Origin: Paecilomyces variotii
Lineage: Eukaryota
Assembly: GCA_004022145.1 (NCBI GenBank)
Contig: RCNU01000002.1
Length of the DNA: 64,000 nucleotides
Strand: one strand, 5' to 3'
The notes beneath the pieces were generated by a model. The model saw nothing but the letters and a program-made list of their open reading frames with translations. It searched no databases and had not been told where the DNA came from. Positions within the stretch are counted from its first letter, which is position 1. Each line of letters starts with the position of its first letter. Made by a program: the position numbers and the translations under genes. Below are positions 1 to 12,701 of the stretch, one piece after another.

Positions 1-451
1 AGTAAGTTACAGTACGGGGTATATCTTCCCATATGGGTCTCAATGGGGAAGGTCAATAACCCTCCGACAGGGTGTAGTCACGCCTCCTCTGATAGTATTC
101 AGGCATCTCAAGAGTCTATCGCTCGCGAAAGTGCCAAAGCTATCTGCCTAGTCCGCCCACCCAGGAATGAATCGAATAAATGGACGCCGTGCCCGAAACA
201 AGAGACCAGCGAATTAGGAATTCTATATCTTCTAACTATTCGCCTCTCTGGCCAGTGCGGTATTCCGCTGGGATGCCCCTGATCGCAACGGGTAGATATG
301 AAACAGTATCGCGGTGCGACACGGACACTTTTGTCGATCACCACGGAAAACGAAACCTCCAGGCAGTCCTCTCATGTTAGGTATATCCTCGTCAAAATCC
401 CATCATAGAATAACTCATGGCATTCATCATCGCATTGTATTGCATTTCATA

Positions 452-868
452 TCAAAAACAACCACCAAGGTTCGGTTCATGTACGTAAGTGAAGCCTCGA
501 ACTGTCTGCTCCCCTCCATGGTCGCATGTATCCATCAAGGCCTTGAGAACGCGGTAACAAGTCTTGAAATATAATCTCTGTTCGAATCTCGCATCATTTG
601 CGATCTCAAAAGTGATTCGACTCCCCTGTTTGACATTGTAGCAGACGCGTCTCACAGAGGGAGAGAAATTTGACGTTGCTGGACCATATGAGCCACCAAG
701 AGCGTAGCATGCTCGTTCTGCATAGGCCCAAGTCTTGCTTTTGGAAGCACCATCATCATCATTCCGTATGACAGAACAGCCATAGTAGCAATGACTGGCA
801 GATACTAGAGGCGAAACAACCAGTAGGAAAAGTATTATCGGTTTGATAATGTTTGTGTGGACGATCAT
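452..868 (-). CDS. Small secreted cysteine-rich protein (138 aa), possibly glycan-binding Y3-like family
   Basis: First ATG at 868 (the ORF track starts upstream at a non-ATG codon). Hydrophobic signal peptide IILFLLVVSPLVSA, 7 Cys, and C-terminal CDHGG...GFTYVHEPNLGGCF typical of fungal secreted proteins. TATA-like tatttaa upstream near 975-981 on the minus strand. Confidence 0.7.
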   Translation of the reverse strand: MIVHTNIIKPIILFLLVVSPLVSASHCYYGCSVIRNDDDGASKSKTWAYAERACYALGGSYGPATSNFSPSVRRVCYNVKQGSRITFEIANDARFEQRLYFKTCYRVLKALMDTCDHGGEQTVRGFTYVHEPNLGGCF

Positions 869-2080
869 CGTGGGAGTCGTTTCGGACCAAGATCGTACAG
901 AATTGGAAAAAGAAAAAGAAAAGCAAAACCAGATTTCCAAAGTCCTACAGAGAGATCAAGGTGCTTCGTATGGCTATTAAATAAACAGTAAGCTGCAGCC
1001 CCCATCCCTCGTGTAATTCATAAGCACTATCTGCCAATATCCATATTAGGCCCCGAAGCAGCAAATCATCATGAGAGTAGCAGTCAATATTCTTAGTCCA
1101 GGTAGCACAAGCCACTCTTTAAATAGAAACCCTGTTTCCAGACCTCCAGGCCCCAATACAGCAAGAATCCTCCGATCTATTTCGCTGTCGACGGTGTGTT
1201 TATTGGCGCTTGGCGTAAGATATGGCCCCCATGCGAGCTCTGTGTTTACTTGGCGTCTGACCTCATACTGCGATAGGCAATCTTTAGATATTAATTAGAT
1301 GCACAGAGATTGACACGTGTAATTCACTTTGCTAAGTGAATGATGTATATTTCAAATGGATGAAACCTTACGATCCATCAGACAAACGATGAGAAGATGC
1401 CATACTTTAGCGTCAGAGACAAACAAAAGGAATAACGCCATAGAATTTTTTTTATACAATAGAGATCGTCGCTAGTCCCTGAGGACTATTGGATACGATT
1501 ATCCAGAAACGTACTCAGCGAGGAAAATAGATCTAGACTCGAGAATCGCGATATAACGCCCGTTGTAGGTCTCCAGATGTTGGAGGTTACGATTTCAATC
1601 TACTCTATATGATTCTATGGGGGTCCTCCGTACAATATCAAGATGACCGGAACTCCTTTTGCATTCCCTACCTATCTAACACGAATATACACGTTAAGGA
1701 ACACGTTAGGCCGAGAACCCCTTTTTTTTTTTATGCAAACGGTGCTTGGAATAGACAATTTTGAGAAGGATGAGAAATTGCCAAACTGGGGAAGAGAATA
1801 AAGAAGCGCCGATAACATGCACATAATTTTGGGCATACAATAGAACGGATGGGAATGCCTTTCATGAGTTGTGTCTTGCCATTGATAATTCGAAGCAGTC
1901 ATAACCCCAATTTGCATATTCTAAGCTTTTTTTTTAACAACTCAATTGACTTTTTGGTCCGACATTTATCAGTCTGGACTTGATCCAAAGATATCAATCT
2001 GGAAGACGAAATTCCCAAAGGAGTATAAATATCGCACGGTCCATACAGCGTAGTATTTTAGGCCAGGCCTGACCACTGCT

Positions 2081-3946
2081 CTATTCCTTGCGCCCAAGAC
2101 GTGGGAGCCGGATGCGAAGGAGAAGGAGAAGCATGAGACCTCCGAATACGGCTGCGGAGAGAAACGTTACGTGCAGGGCGGCACCATAGGCGGTCACAAC
2201 TATTCCATATCAGTAAGACTTGAGAAAAAAAAAAAGAGAATTATTATGAACGGTCTTCTTACCTTGTTTCTGATGCACAGAATCCAAGTCTGCGATAGAC
2301 TGGACAGACTTGCGCACAAGTCGGATAATATTCTCCTTTTCTGGCCCAGTGACCAGTTTCTCGAGCCGGAAGTAAAGCATGTTCTGGAAGATCCAACTGC
2401 TGATAGCAACGCCCATGACGGATCCCAGATTCCTCCAGAGACCAAGAGTTGTGGTAGCAACTGCTTGTTCATCCTGATCACTTACGGCCAGGATGGAAAC
2501 GGTGATAGATGGGAAGGAAAGTCCCTGTCCACAACTTGATATGGAAACACAGATCATTGTCAGCCAGTCCGGAGTGGCAACATTCATTGAGCTTGCAGCT
2601 AAGCCTCCTGCGAGCAGCAATGCACTCCCGAGGATCACAGTGGGCTTAAGACGCTTGCTCCATGTAATCAAGAATCCGGTACTGACACTCGCACAGGTTA
2701 CAGTAGCCGTTGCTGCTACCAATCGCAGACCGGATTCAGTGGGCGATACGAGCTTAACCGCTCGGAAGAAAAGGGGGGCGTTGAAGATAATCGTGTTGAT
2801 GGACATGGAGCCCAAGAAATTACCGTATATCAAGCTCGCACGTGGGTCTCTCGACAGGAGTGATACAGGCATCACTGGGCGTTCAACATGGCGTTCATAT
2901 CTCACGAAGATAATAGCCAGAATGAAGAATATAATAATGGATGATACGACAAAGTAACGTCCATAGCCTAGGTTGAGGCCCATAATCAGGATGGTCACTC
3001 CTAATACTAGGATAAATGAGCCTGTTAGATCGATACGGCGGATCAATTGTCGGATAGTCGCCCTCTCGCCATCCACCTTTTTCAAACCCAGGTCGGAAGG
3101 GGTCGTCCATGCAGCTACGAGCATGTACACGAAGATGAATGGAAGTTGCACAACGAAGGCACCTCGCCAACCAACTTGGTCACAGAGAAAACCTCCGAAG
3201 GCAAGGCCAGAACATCCGCCAAGACCTAAAGCAAGATTGATATATGACTGGTAGATTCCTCTGTATTCAAGGCGGACGAGATCACTGCAGATGATCATAC
3301 CCATCGAAATGACTCCACCAGCACCCAGTCCACAGAAAGCTCTGGCTGCAATGAAGCTTTGGATGCTCTGGGCAAGGGCGCACCACGCAGTCGTCACCAG
3401 GAAGACAAAGATCGAAAAGAGATACACCGGTCTTCTGCCAAAAGTATCCGAGACGCGACCAAATAGAGGCATGAAAGCAGTCGATGTGAGTAAGAACGAC
3501 GTCGTGAGCCATGCAGCAGAGTCGGAAGCATGGAAATAAGATGTGATAACTGGATGACTCGACGCCATCAACGTCGAATCAAAGAGACTAACAATGTATC
3601 CCAATTGAATACCCCCGAATATCAACCAAAATCTGGTTGGCGTGACATTGTTAAATCTCGCTGCGTAACCAGTAGGTTCTGTCCCATCACCATTTTCTTC
3701 GGAGACTACCGGTCCTGGCAGCGACATGCCCTCGATTCCCGGTTCAGGGTCGAGTCCCTGTGGAATGGAAGGGACCTTTGCTAGGTTCAGGGGCGCGGAC
3801 TCATCGTCCGCTCCGAAGGATGATGACCCAGCCTCTGCATGGTTTTCTGAACTTGCGTATTTACGCGACTTGTCTGGTTTCAACAGAGGAGTTGACTCGT
3901 CGATACGAGGCCTGCTCGAGGGTTCCCCGTTTTTAGATGCGCTCAT
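2081..3946 (-). CDS. MFS drug:H+ antiporter (DHA2/Vba-like) transporter
   Basis: MFS motif GRVSDTFGRR, many hydrophobic helices and an N-terminal ESTPLL dileucine-type sorting motif. Intron 2200-2262 (GTAAG..AG) joins a last exon VVTAYGAALH...RLPRLGRKE*. Confidence 0.9.
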
Positions 3947-4775
3947 TATGGCGGACTATCGCGGCGGTATGGGACGAAAGCGTTAACAGGGAACAAAGTA
4001 CTGTACAATCCAGAGAAAATTGCGAGTCAAAGAACGACTTTTTCCAAATCCCCTATTTTCACCAACACCACCACACGAGATGCAGAAGTTGTACTTAACT
4101 CGATTTCCCGTCAGTCCGATAAACTGGCACTGACTGAGACTTTCGAAAAAAGTGGTGCCGGGGATAAGAGCGGCGATAGACACTAGGCTGTGGGTCTAGT
4201 TAACTACCTTAGGTAATTATTGTGATTATTAATCCTCTCAATACTCCACCGTGCTGCCACTCTTCCCGTTTATCTACCTGCAAATACGCCAGGGGCTTTT
4301 TGCTGTGAGAGGACGGTTGATTCCTCGTTGTAAATGCGGCTTACCAGATGAGTACTAAGACTCGAGACCATCCGGATGCTTGGTGGCTAATCTAAAAGAG
4401 GTTGTGGCCGATGAGCGATTGGCGGGCGGTTGCGCCGATAGATGTCGTTCCGGCTCGCTCCGTTCGTATGCACAGTCCATCGCTTAAATAGGAGTCATAT
4501 CCAATCAACATGACTGTTCACAATCGGTCCACTAGTCGAGTCGAGACTTCAAGAGTATTACGCAGAAATAGCGCAAAGAAATAATACAAAGCCAAATGTT
4601 CTTATAGTGAACTGTTTCCAAAAAATCTGATCTTGAACCAATTCCAGACTCCTTCGCTTAAAAATCCAAAAAATACTCAGTTATGGGGGAAAAGAGAAGA
4701 GAAAAAGAAAGAAAAGAAAGGAGAGAAAAAGAGAGAACGCGGCCCTGTTGCGCCACGAAAAGAAATAACCATCTG

Positions 4776-5819
4776 TTATAAGTTCTCTCTGGTCGCATTG
4801 ACACCTATCCAGAAGCCTTCCATCTCCCATCGACACCGCAGCGCATAATCAATTACCTCTTGCTGTAGCGATTTATCCCACGATTTGACATGCAGAGAAG
4901 CCACGCCTCCCTCCATATCCTGAGGGGTCACAAAGTTCATATTCCAGGTATAGCTAAGCTTTTGCCAAGGCATGTTTCCTTCTTGGCGGTGGGCATAGTT
5001 CAAGAGATTCTGTTCGGGCATCATCGGGTCGAATCTGTCTGGGATCGAGAGCACCGACATGTAATAATGCATGATTTCGTGGGAAGGCGAGTAGAGGAAG
5101 AATCCAGCGTTGAGATAATTTCCGCTTGTATCGGGCGGGAATGAATGCTCGTATGTGCCCGCTTCGGTCTTCCCTGCGAAGAGATAGCGTTCAGGAAGCG
5201 GTGGTTCGTCTGGCTTTATTTCGTCCCCGTTTTTCTGACTGTACATGAATTGGGCAGCAGGGTCATCGAAAACACCATCAATCGGTCTCGTCAGGACAGT
5301 GTCTCCGTCCATGAAGAGGACCCTTTCATACGGAACAATGTTTGGGTCGAATAATCGCAACTTCGTCCAACAGTCCTTCCATCGAGGCTCTGTCACGGTA
5401 AGGTTGGTCTGCACCTTATCGACGGGGATGACAATTGCTCCATCTTCTGTGAGCCTCTCACGGCTGGCCGCACTCACATCATCCGTTACGAGAATGAGGA
5501 ACGGGATGGAAGGGTCGAGACGCGTTCGCGGCGAGTGCCGTAGCTGATAAGTGAGCGTCCGAGTAGCGATCAGATAGTTGCCATCCTCCTGATACTTCCA
5601 GCTTTCCGATTCTCCAGTGAGGAACGTTGCGACGGCAATATCGCGCCTATACTTGGTATTTCCTCGATGCGAGTAATGACTTTGAGAATAGAGACTTGTG
5701 GCTCGTATAGATGCGGGTGTGGGTATGTGATCTGTAGGCGATAGAATGATTGATAGCCCAACGATAGTCAGTATCAAGCTTGCTGCAATTTGGACCTTTT
5801 TGCGAAGAGGTACCGCCAT
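4776..5819 (-). CDS. Glycosyltransferase family 8, type II membrane protein
   Basis: ATG at 5819, N-terminal TM helix, WTKLRLF, DxD motif (MDGDT), YLNAG, PEQNLLN and LHVK motifs. Confidence 0.9.
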   Translation of the reverse strand: MAVPLRKKVQIAASLILTIVGLSIILSPTDHIPTPASIRATSLYSQSHYSHRGNTKYRRDIAVATFLTGESESWKYQEDGNYLIATRTLTYQLRHSPRTRLDPSIPFLILVTDDVSAASRERLTEDGAIVIPVDKVQTNLTVTEPRWKDCWTKLRLFDPNIVPYERVLFMDGDTVLTRPIDGVFDDPAAQFMYSQKNGDEIKPDEPPLPERYLFAGKTEAGTYEHSFPPDTSGNYLNAGFFLYSPSHEIMHYYMSVLSIPDRFDPMMPEQNLLNYAHRQEGNMPWQKLSYTWNMNFVTPQDMEGGVASLHVKSWDKSLQQEVIDYALRCRWEMEGFWIGVNATRENL

Positions 5820-6882
5820 GTCTTTGAGCAACAACCTCCTGGAGATCAGGAGCAAGTAGCCGATCAACTGACGATGCAGAAAAGGTTTTCACTCGTAGAG
5901 TTGGGTAGGATAGATACGGAGTCCCCGGCTCTCGGAAGGGAATTCGAGTGAAGAAAAAGTGACAGCTACGCACAGGATGCCCCATGATCCAATTCACCTA
6001 ATATAAGTATCGACATCTCCTAAGTCTCCCTGAAAGGTTGGTTACATCTCTTTGTTATACGTAGTGTCTCGTATACTACTAGTACCTGCATGGTGCTAAT
6101 GAAGAGCGCTTCCGTTCTCGAAACAATGTGACATGGTAGAAAACCAATCATCGCATACTCCAGGAACAATCTTGACAGAAAACCTTGTATTAGTACAATA
6201 CTCGACTGTGATCGCAATCACCGGATCGTCATCGCAATCCAGTAAAAGAAGAATACCCCTGGGAAGAGTTCAGCGCACTGCCTATTATTAGGAGGTGCTT
6301 TCCAGGGATGCGCGCCTTTTGGAGGATATAGATCGCTACTATTGGCAAAACTTTACTTACTTAGCGCCGGGCCCCCTGCAACAATATGTACCTAGGTCCT
6401 TAGGCGCCACGCAGAAGTACTGCTTGCAGCGCTTCGTCGTGTTCCGGCGGCAAGAAATCAGGTTCATGGAGGTGCTGACAAGAAGTGCAGCTTCGAGGAT
6501 GGAGAGTGTCACATTATCCCATCGCACGTATCTCCGGATACAGGAAAAATGCCAACCGTTCAGGCTTGAACAGAAGCGGACGGCAATTTACATAGTTCAA
6601 AATGCGGCGGTTCTTCCGATAAGATCGCTGCTCCCATAAGTACTTAGGCGGTGAGAGATATACGCCAATCAGGGAACTGCGATACGACTAAAGGCGTTGG
6701 TGACTCAACAACAGCCACAGTTTGTCTTGATCTTTCAGAACGTCAGAGACAAGCCGGGCTCCAAGTTGATTGTGCGGTATCGTCCGTTTTCTGGTACCTA
6801 GATTGGTGACATCTTATTCGGAAAAGCAACAGATCTCTAAGCTCTAAGTTGTACAGCCCTACTGGATTACCCCGCTATCGAA

Positions 6883-7843
6883 ATGCGCCGCCCGCTTCGC
6901 ATCGCGATTCTCGAGACCGACACGCCCCTCGAAAGGACCAACAAGAAATATGGCGGATACGGTGGCGTCTTTGAGGCCCTCTTAAAGGCCAGTGCGAAGG
7001 CGTTAGGAGAGCCCGAGAAGTTGGATCCGGAAACAGGGCTGGAGATCACGAAGTGGGATGTTGTCCATAGAGATGATCGTTACCCGAATCTCGACGATAT
7101 AGATGCTATCCTCATGACTGGCTCTAGTATGTCTCAGTTATACACAGTATCTACCTTTCCCGAATCAGTTCATGAAGATCATACCATCCAGACCATAAGA
7201 CGTTCCACGGATCCCATGGTTCCCATAGTTGCTGACTGAGTCATACCCACAGGACACAACTCCTTCGACAACATTCCCTGGATAAATAAGCTAGTAGAGT
7301 TTGTGCAAAAGGTCCTTGCTCAAGACCGTGTCCGCATCATCGGCGTCTGTTTTGGTCATCAGATCCTCGGTCGCGCACTCGGCGCCAAGGTTGGTCGGAG
7401 TGACGATGGTTGGGAGATCTCGGTTTGCGAGATGGATTTGACGGAGAAGGGGAAGGAGTTGTTTGGACGAGATAAGCTGGTGAGGATCTGTGGACGTTAA
7501 ATTATCTCACTGTGGAAAGATTGCTAACCCTGGTCCGCCTCCTGCATTATAGCGTCTGCAACAAATGCACCGCGACATCGTCTTCAGTTATCCACCAAAT
7601 GTGATTCCTCTCGGCTCTTCTCCTCGCTGCGCCGTTCAAGGAATGTACTCACCTCGCCGCTTCATTTCCGTTCAGGGTCACCCTGAGTTCACGAAAGAAA
7701 TCATTTCTGATATCCTTGAGGCACGAGCCAAAGCTGGAATTTTTGCTGGGGAAGAATTCAAGGATGCGATGGCAAGAGTTGGAAACGAAAACGACGGCCT
7801 CGCTGTCGGTGTTGCATTCTTGAAATTTTTGCTCGAAGACTAG
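6883..7843 (+). CDS. Class I glutamine amidotransferase-like protein
   Basis: Three exons (introns 7127-7252 and 7480-7552). Nucleophile elbow GVCFGHQ and QGHPEF give the Cys-His-Glu triad. Confidence 0.92.
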
Positions 7844-8141
7844 ACGATAAATGCCTATATCCTAGAGATGTCTATAGAAATACTGTATATAAAGACTGTG
7901 CGTGGACATATTAGAGAGATGTACTGTATCTATTCTTTCGGCCATGTCCAGAAGCAGCAATGTTTTGGTAAACCCACGAGTCCATAGTCTGATATCGTTA
8001 ACTAAGAGGGTAGTCATCAAAGAGAAAATAGTCTTTTGGCAAACTCCGCACAAATATTAGTATACATGAATCATCAACCGGTGCGTAAGCAAGTAACTTC
8101 ACGCACTTGCAGCATATTTTATCACATAGGGAACCCCAACA

Positions 8142-8861
8142 TCAAGCATTGGGATCCTCTTTTTCTAAGAACGTAGGATCCATATCAATACGCCGTTCGA
8201 ATTTCGACCACCAGTCCCGGAAGGCTTTGAGAGGCACCACCTCCTCCCCCTTTTGTGGACTCGACTCCGCAAAGCTCGCCAGGAAGTTGAACGCATTCCC
8301 GATAATCCGCTGCGCAAGGACCTTCGTAGTGACTTGTTTGTTTTGTCGCTGCTGTTCAGGCGACTGTCGCACCAGCGCGGTCGAAGGAGCAGTCGGGTTT
8401 CCTCGGGCACGGAGTTCAGCCAGCTGAGCTGCAACGCTCTGAACTGGCTCGACGGAAATACCCAGTACCACCGTTCCTCCCATTGACTGTCCACCTGATA
8501 AGTTGCTCGCTCCCTCGTCCAGCATCTCGTCTTGCTCTTCTGCTTCTGACCGCCGAGGCTGGTCTGAAGGCTCACTCGACCTGACCCTGAAGATCGCTGA
8601 CGGCTTTTCGTTTGCTATCGCCCCAAGGAACTTGAACTGCGGCCCATTAGGTGTGGGATTCGACTCTGGCAGCTGGATGTAGATTGCAGCGGCTGTGTCC
8701 GGTGGTAGGACCGTGCCTGGTAGGAAGAAGACAGCGACATGAGCGAAGCGAGGATTGGAAGGGAAAGTGAAAGCGAATTTTGTGGCTTGTCCGTTCGGTT
8801 GAGGATCGATAGTGGAGATATCAGTCAGACATGGTCTGCCTGGAATGACAACGGAGAACAT
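8142..8861 (-). CDS. OPI10: OPI10/Hikeshi family (DUF775) protein
   Basis: MFSVVIPGRP start, FLGAIANEKPSAIF, LAQRIIGNAFNFLASF and WWSKFERRIDMDPTFL are characteristic of the family. Confidence 0.85.
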   Translation of the reverse strand: MFSVVIPGRPCLTDISTIDPQPNGQATKFAFTFPSNPRFAHVAVFFLPGTVLPPDTAAAIYIQLPESNPTPNGPQFKFLGAIANEKPSAIFRVRSSEPSDQPRRSEAEEQDEMLDEGASNLSGGQSMGGTVVLGISVEPVQSVAAQLAELRARGNPTAPSTALVRQSPEQQRQNKQVTTKVLAQRIIGNAFNFLASFAESSPQKGEEVVPLKAFRDWWSKFERRIDMDPTFLEKEDPNA

Positions 8862-9295
8862 GGCTGGGGCTTAGAGCTGCCTTGCGATGGGTGCTTTGTT
8901 TGCTGATGGCGGGGCACTGCGCAAGGCTCAATTGGAGTAATAGTCTAACAGACAGAGCTGAATTCGATGTTGGGTGTAACCATCAGATATCTCATGAGCT
9001 ATGTCACAAGAGATTCAATTGTTATAAAAGGGCGGACAAGTTTACCAGGAGGACAACAAAATTGTGCGAAGATCTTTTGGCGCGTCAGAGATGGAAGCGC
9101 AAAGAAAGTAAAGCTCGACCGGTGACGAAAGGCATCCATCCCCGAAGCTCAAGCATTCTTGCCCTTATCGATAAGGGCTTTTTAGGTCCTGAATCGGAAA
9201 CGCCAGCAACTGACACGAGCATCTCCGTATCGATACCATCCCCTGCCGCAAACAATTCTAGGTTGACGCCAGGGAATAAAAAGGTCGCTTTCGAA

Positions 9296-10339
9296 ATGGG
9301 GAAATCAAACCTTGACCTCATCAAGGAATGCGACAAGTATAACTCCCCTAATACAATGTTGTTGTCACTTTCGAGGCACAGGCAGACATGCTAACCGTCC
9401 CGACTGAACAGTTTCCCCTACTACGATGAGGACCCCGCGTACTACAAAGCTCACCTGAAGACTTACCATGCTTTCAAAGTATCCGGCTGTGATGCAGTTC
9501 TTGGATACATCCCTAACGATGTTGTCGAAAATTTCTACTTCCCTGAACACTGCTGGAGTGTCGACTCCACGGCTCAGACAGTCACACTTGTGACTGCTCC
9601 TGATGCGACGCCCGCGCAGCGCAGCGAACTAGTGGCTCAAACACTTGCAGAGGTGGTAAAGAGAGACACCTTCAAACTACTACACGGCTGGCGCAATGAG
9701 ATGTATGCTGTCTATGGCCCTAAGGGAGAATTCCTGTTGGAAATGGAGCGCTCTGCATCTCCGCTTTTTGGTATTGTCACGTACGGTATACACATGACTG
9801 GCTACGTGGAGGATGAGCAGGGAATTCGGATATGGGTTCCCAGACGCTCTAGAACAAAGCAGACTTACCCGTCAATGCTCGATAATACTGTCGCAGGAGG
9901 GATAAGCACTGGAGAAAAGCCATCTGAGTGCGCTATTCGGGAAGCCATGGAGGAAGCATCTCTCCCAGAGGATGTCGTGAAGAAAGGCGCAACACCGGTA
10001 GGTTGCGTGACATACTTCTACGTCCGAGATCAAAGGGCGGGTGGAGAGACAGGCCTGCTACAGCCGGAGGTCGAGTACATCTACGATCTCAAACTCGATG
10101 CCAGTATTCAACCGAAACCTTGCGATACCGAAGTCGAGAGTTTCAGCTTATGGAGTTTGGACGAGGTCAAACAGGCACTGAGAAACGGAGAATTCAAGCC
10201 AAACTGTGCAGTTGTTCTCATTGATTTCTTCATCCGACACGGCATCCTTACACCGGAGAACGAGCCTGATTATATGGAGATCATGGCGCGACTGCATCGT
10301 CGCTTAGAGTTCCCAACAGTCTCACATTTCACTGGATAG
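9296..10339 (+). CDS. NUDIX hydrolase (thiamine-pyrophosphokinase-related, yeast YJR142W-like)
   Basis: Exon 1 MGKSNLDLIKECD, intron 9337-9411, then FPYYD...GWRNE.Y, ERSASPLFGI, Nudix box GG...GE...CAIREAMEEASL and FKPNC. Confidence 0.88.
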
Positions 10340-10542
10340 GTACATAGATAGATATCATGATTAGAAAATCGACCCATGGAATCTAGCAATCCTTTTTTTG
10401 TCTCTTTATACTGATGCCCTAGTCCCTTAACAACGCCGACGCTAAATGCCAAAAAAATGCAACCCGCTTTTTGATCCTCCCGAGAAGTCAAATCAGCAGC
10501 CAACGTCTGTTGGACTCTGTGGCTAAGTTTTCGGTATAGCGC

Positions 10543-11099
10543 TTATTTCTTCAGAAGCAGGTAGATATAGTCGATCCTCAGGGGAGCGAGCTTCTTGTAT
10601 GGACCTTCAAGGTAGAGCAGGAGACCCCCGAATGACACAAACACGGCCCTACAGTGAATTTTTGTCAGAACTAGCATGATTCGTGGGCTTGGGAAAGCGG
10701 GATAATATATAGGAGCATTAAGCACATAACTATGCTCAAAATTGGAAAGATTCCTCAAAGGACTCACATGTTGCCAGCAGAAGTTCCCTCCTCAAATCGG
10801 TACACCTTTCCATGACAGACGTAGTCATAATCATTTGCCAGAGTCTGCTCTCCGATTCCAACGTCTCTCCAACCACCCTTGCCGACAGTGTCATCTTTTC
10901 CATCAAGAGACAACGTAGATGCGAGCGCAAGCGACAGGGATTCGCCAACGGCACACGGGTAAAGTTCAGTGTTGATATCGAGCGTGAAGGTAGTAAGAGA
11001 ATCCGAAGAAGTGCAGCTCAGACGAGAAACGCGGTCATACTTCTGCGAATTGATCGCGGTGATCGTGAAGGTGTCTTCGAAGAGTTGGGGATCCGACAT
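10543..11099 (-). CDS. RPB8: RNA polymerase I/II/III common subunit RPABC3
   Basis: MSDPQLFEDTF..KYDRVSR, LDINTELYP and YDYVCHGKVYRF. Intron 10649-10767, then VFVSFGGLLLYLEG. Confidence 0.96.
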
Positions 11100-11434
11100 G
11101 GTCACGGTGGAAGGATGGGTGTCAAGAGGTACAAAAAATGTTGCTGAGTCTGTTCCTTGCGAAATGGATTATGCGCCGCGAGATATCTCAGGTGAACAGC
11201 AGCGAAGACGGGGCGGTAGATCAGCAAAGAGGCTTTCTTGAGAAGCGAAATCGCGAAAGCCGACTGAATCTTTTTTTGTCGGTTTAGCGCGCTGCTTTAA
11301 CCGCCCGAGCTGCCTCACCGCCAAAGTGGGATGCCTTCCCAAAAGCGGCCAGAGGAATATCTAATTTCTTGAGCTATTCAACTACCCCTCCAAGAATTCA
11401 TACTCTACATCCTAACACTCTTCTACGTGCAATA

Positions 11435-12701
11435 ATGTCTTTTCGGAAACGAAATATAGGTCTTTCCTCTGGTAGCGATCGCTCCACTGCACCAGCTCCG
11501 GCCGTGCAGCAGCCACAAACAGCTACACCAGCCCCGGTTGCCGGAGTACGACCTTCTCCCGATGATGGACGTCCGACGACGTCTACAGGAACGCTTTCGT
11601 TGGACAACCTCTTAGCTGGACACGCTGGGATTCCACTTGGGAAAACGCTACTTATCGAGGAAAATGGAACAACAGACTTTGCAGGTGCATTGTTACGGTT
11701 CTACGCAGCGGAGGGTATAGTTCAGGACCATAGAGTGCATGTCATTGGAATGACCGATCAGTGGGGGAGATCTCTGCCAGGTTTAATCGGGGCAGCAGAT
11801 GCAGGAGAGGAGAAGGTAGACAGACGGAAAGAAGAAAAAATGAAGATCGCTTGGAGATACGAGAGGCTTGGCGAATTTGGGGCCGGGATCGCTGGATCAA
11901 GAAGTAAGAAGCTCCTCTAAGCTGCCGTGATTGCGATTCAAATTTTCAGTGATTGTGAGAGAACTATTCCACTAACGTCTTGTAGCGCGAGCACCTGCGG
12001 GAGACAAGAACCAGGGTTCGCCTGATGGAAGTACAGCGCCCAAGTCACCGACCTTCTGTCATGCTTTTGACCTCACAAAACGCTTGACACATCCATCTCT
12101 TTCTACTATCGATTATATACCCATCACACCGTCGAGAGGCTCGCCTTATACAGCCGCGTACCAAAGGCTACAAGCTGCCATTGCTTCTAGCCCTTCGAAC
12201 ACGATTCACCGCGTTGTAATACCATCGATCCTGAACCCCGGTCTATACCCGCCCGAAGCTGGTCAGCCAGAATATCTGTTGCAATTCTTCCACTCCTTGC
12301 GTGCGCTTGTAACGACATACGCTGAGCGCATCACAGTGATGATTACGCTCCCTTTGTCTCTCTATCCTCGATCGTCTGGTCTCGTGCGGTGGGCTGAGCT
12401 TCTAAGTGATGGGGTGATCGAGCTCTGTCCCTTTCCACATTCGTCGGATGCCATTGCGACGTCAGGAGCTGCAACAGCACAAGAGGAGCCACCACAAGGC
12501 ATGCTCAAAACGCATCGGCTGCCTGTCATGCATGAACGCGGCGGGGGTAGTGATCAAAATATTGGTGAAGACTGGGCTTTCACCCTTAGTCGAAGAAAAT
12601 TCGAGATCAAGCCATTCAGTCTTCCACCAGCGGAAGGTGACAATGAAGCACAACAGAGCGCTGCCGGTGGCATGCCCAAGAAAGCAGATCTCGAATTCTA
12701 A
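11435..12701 (+). CDS. ELP4: Elongator complex subunit 4 (PAXNEB)
   Basis: MSFRKRN, GVRPSP..TSTG..SLD.LL.GHAG.PLG, MKIAWRY. Intron 11904-11985, then FCHAFDLTKRL and FSLPP. Confidence 0.93.
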
